Of a stretch of 64,000 nt of DNA, positions 61,675 through 64,000 are shown in pieces. The DNA is taken from positions 64,001 through 128,000 of the forward strand of contig CAVPCR010000004.1 of assembly GCA_963702435.1 (NCBI GenBank), given 5' to 3'. The position numbers and the translations under genes were made by a program. Position 1 is the first letter of the stretch. Each line of letters starts with the position of its first letter. The notes under the pieces are model-generated. The model saw nothing but the letters and a program-made list of their open reading frames with translations. It had not been told where the DNA came from and did not search any database. Source of the DNA: Candidatus Eiseniibacteriota bacterium (GTDB lineage Bacteria > Eisenbacteria > RBG-16-71-46 > CAVPCR01).

Positions 61675-61893
61675 GTGATCAGGAATTACGAACAGGTGAG
61701 GCGGATGGAGCATGCGTTCCTCGCTCGCGAGAACCTGTCTCACTCGGCTGCTCTCCGTCTGTTCGAGGCGATGTGGGCGGAGGGTGTTCTCCTCGGCGTC
61801 CTTCCTCCTGCCGATCCACGCGAAGGTCTCGAGGTCGACCTCAGGGTGGCCAGGGTGCTGAACTCATGTTCGCGCGACTGCTCGCCCGCCTAG
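61675..61893 (+). CDS. Small protein, putative antitoxin partner
   Basis: GTG start after GGAGG; 72 aa; overlaps the downstream NTase start. Confidence 0.6.
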   Translation: MIRNYEQVRRMEHAFLARENLSHSAALRLFEAMWAEGVLLGVLPPADPREGLEVDLRVARVLNSCSRDCSPA

Positions 61894-62426
61894 GCGCCGC
61901 CCTCGACCGGCACCATGTTCCCTACATGGTCATCGGGGGCCAGGCGGTTCTCCTGTACGGCGAACCGCGTCTCACGCGCGACATCGACATCACGGTGGGC
62001 TTCGGGATCGAAGGGCTGGAACGGTTGCTCGCCGTGCTGAATGATGTGCAGCTCAAGCCTATCCCCGAGAACCTCCGTTCCTTCGTCCAGGAGACGATGG
62101 TCCTTCCAGCCGTCGAGAGCGAGTCGGGAATCAGGGTCGATTTCATCCTGTCCTTCACGCCTTACGAGTCCAAGGCGATCTCTCGCGCGCGCACCGTGGA
62201 GATCGAGGGGCGAGGCGTGCGGTTCGCCAGCCCCGAGGACCTGATCATTCACAAGATCTTCGCCGGCCGGCCGCGCGATCTGGAAGACGTACGCTCCATC
62301 GTCGCCAGGACGCCGGGACTCGATCGCGCGTACATGCGACGATGGCTCGCCGAGTTCGACGCATCCAGCGAGCGAGAGCCGACCTTCCTCCAGACGCTCG
62401 ATACCCTGATGGAGGGCGACGGCTGA
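61866..62426 (+). CDS. Nucleotidyltransferase-fold protein (DUF6036/AbiEii-like, putative toxin)
   Basis: YMVIGGQAV...PRLTRDIDI, SPEDLIIHKIFAGRPRDLEDV. Confidence 0.8.
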   Translation: MFARLLARLGAALDRHHVPYMVIGGQAVLLYGEPRLTRDIDITVGFGIEGLERLLAVLNDVQLKPIPENLRSFVQETMVLPAVESESGIRVDFILSFTPYESKAISRARTVEIEGRGVRFASPEDLIIHKIFAGRPRDLEDVRSIVARTPGLDRAYMRRWLAEFDASSEREPTFLQTLDTLMEGDG

Positions 62427-62459
62427 CGTCGCTTCCCTGCCCGCCACGAGCCGTCAGGG

Positions 62460-63362
62460 TTACTCGCGGTCGCTGCGGTATCTGTTCTTCACGGTCCCCC
62501 AGGTCTCGCTCTGCACCGCGGTCGCCTGGTCGCAGATGGTGAGGTCGCCGGCCTCCACGACGCTGTAGCGGCTTCCGTCCGGGGCCCATTCGGGATAGCT
62601 GAGACCTACCCACCGCGAGCGGCAGCGCAGGTCGAGTCGCGGACCCGACGGGAGCGGGTAGCTCACCACGCAGGGGTTCAGGGCGATATCGTCGAGTCCG
62701 ATCAGGATCAAGCTCTCGCCGGATGGATGCCACCGCGGCTCGTAGTAACCGTTTCCCGACCAGAAGACGCGGTGCTCCGTGCCCGCAGGGTAGTCGACGA
62801 GCATGATGTCCGGCCCTTCAGGAAGCGCGTGCCGCTCGAAGACGATGCGTTCGTCGTTCGGGGCCCAATCGGGAGATTCCCCCGTGTCCGTGGTGAGACG
62901 CGTGTGCTGCCCGGTCGAGAACGAGTACACATACAGCGCATCGTGATCGAACCGCGATGACTTGTAGACGATCTTGTCGCCGTCGTGGGACCAGTCGGGG
63001 TGCGTGTCGGGCCGTGGCGAGGTGGTGACCTGCTGGAGGGCGCCCGTCGAGAGCTCGAGCGCCCAGATGTCCCAGACCCCGGGCAGAACCGCGCGGGCGA
63101 ATGCGAGCCGCGTGCCGTCCGGGCTCCACGTGGGCCACTGTGCGTTCTCGATCACGTGCGTCACGGGTCCGCCCGTGGCGGGAACGGTGTAGATGTCGAT
63201 GCCGGAGTGGAATGCGAGCGTCGTGCCGTCGGGAGACCAGACCGGGCTCTTGACGACGAGGCCCTCCGTGATCTGGACGCAGTCGGCTGCGGCCATACCG
63301 GCCGATAACGCGAGACAGGCTGCCACGATGAGAATGTGCTTCTGCATCGGGTGCTCCATCAC
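62460..63362 (-). CDS. Secreted TolB-like (PD40) beta-propeller protein with TWGxVK tail
   Basis: Signal peptide; PVWSPDG, PTWSPDG, PDWSHDG, PDWAP repeats; C-terminal TAVQSETWGTVKNRYR. Confidence 0.8.
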   Translation of the reverse strand: MMEHPMQKHILIVAACLALSAGMAAADCVQITEGLVVKSPVWSPDGTTLAFHSGIDIYTVPATGGPVTHVIENAQWPTWSPDGTRLAFARAVLPGVWDIWALELSTGALQQVTTSPRPDTHPDWSHDGDKIVYKSSRFDHDALYVYSFSTGQHTRLTTDTGESPDWAPNDERIVFERHALPEGPDIMLVDYPAGTEHRVFWSGNGYYEPRWHPSGESLILIGLDDIALNPCVVSYPLPSGPRLDLRCRSRWVGLSYPEWAPDGSRYSVVEAGDLTICDQATAVQSETWGTVKNRYRSDRE

Positions 63363-64000
63363 CTGAGCACGACGAGCCGCTCGGTGGCGGTCGCGATGCG
63401 GCCATCGGCTGCGGTCGCCGCGAGCCGCACGAAGTAGATGCCGGCGCTCACCTCACGCCCGGCGGCGTTCCGCCCGTCCCAGGCGACCGCACCGGCGCCG
63501 GCGGCGCGCCAGCCGTCCTCGAGCGTGCGCACCACCCGCCCCGCCGGATCGACGATCGCGATCGAGAGATGCGCGGCCGCGGGCAGGGTCCAGGCGATCG
63601 CAGCACCGCCGCGCGTCGGGTTCGGGTGCGGCGCGGCGAGGCGAAGCGCGGCGCTCGGAGCCGCCTCCGGCACCGCGGTCGTCCCCGCCGCCTCGAGGCG
63701 GAGCGCGATCGAGGTGGTGGCGAAGACGATCGAGCCGTTGGAGAGCCGGCGCGAGAAGGAGGGCTCGCCCGACGTTCCGGCGTTCACCGAGGCCTCGTAG
63801 AGCGGGCTCCGGGCGGTCAGGCGCACGTAGTAGCGGCCGCTCGCGAGGAACACGGAGAGCGGGCGGTACTCCCAGGCCGTCGTATTCGGGCTGAACCGGT
63901 ACTGGAAGTCGACGCTCGCGAGCGGACGCGTCTCATCGGGGCGCTGGCCCGAGCCGTCGTCCGGGAAGATGGTGGCGCGGAAACCGTTCGGATGGTAGTT
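63359..64000 (-). CDS. C-terminal part of a secreted protein with FlgD-Ig-like domain (runs off window)
   Basis: PHPNP...GRVVRTL...WDGRNAAG...AGIYFVRL. Confidence 0.7.
   Translation of the reverse strand, partial: NYHPNGFRATIFPDDGSGQRPDETRPLASVDFQYRFSPNTTAWEYRPLSVFLASGRYYVRLTARSPLYEASVNAGTSGEPSFSRRLSNGSIVFATTSIALRLEAAGTTAVPEAAPSAALRLAAPHPNPTRGGAAIAWTLPAAAHLSIAIVDPAGRVVRTLEDGWRAAGAGAVAWDGRNAAGREVSAGIYFVRLAATAADGRIATATERLVVLR

Noticed and set aside
58321..62426. Extended ORF-track versions (58321-59292, 58671-60074, 61128-62426)
   Set aside because: The upstream extensions overlap real genes in other frames or strands. Shorter starts at 58611, 59672 and 61866 fit motifs and stop/start overlaps.
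63123..63136. parS-like GCTCCACGTGGGCC outside the array
   Set aside because: Three mismatches in the arms, and it lies in coding sequence for a PD40 repeat, so it is likely chance.

Overview
Very GC-rich bacterial chromosome segment covering the replication origin and partitioning region. FlgD-Ig-type C-terminal domains and a TWGxVK tail suggest an FCB-superphylum candidate lineage such as Eisenbacteria or Latescibacteria (inference). Origin-proximal genes: gyrB, DUF721/dciA, dnaN, a four-gene block separating dnaN from dnaA, dnaA, rpmH-rnpA-yidD-yidC-jag-rsmG, a DnaQ-exonuclease/WYL fusion, a 2-kb parS array, parA-parB and an M23 peptidase. Further genes: MoxR/DUF58/BatA, mfd, a SurA-like PPIase, a fatty-acid oxidation cluster, PPK2, secreted proteins, msrP, queD and two nucleotidyltransferase/small-partner pairs. 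The standout structure is the parS array. I count 34 GTTCCACGTGGAAC palindromes (32 exact, 2 with one mismatch) separated by five recurring spacer families in a strict higher-order order, like a satellite-type bacterial centromere. It is bracketed by AT-rich TAAST-N15-AS(T/A)TA dyads and lies next to the exonuclease-WYL gene. Other notable items are a thiolase lacking all three catalytic residues, an apparently split oriC, an unannotated 50-aa Cys4 microprotein and a frameshifted Mut7-C/CheR fusion. No rRNA, tRNA, transposase or true CRISPR array was recognised. All calls come from motif reading by eye, not database searches.
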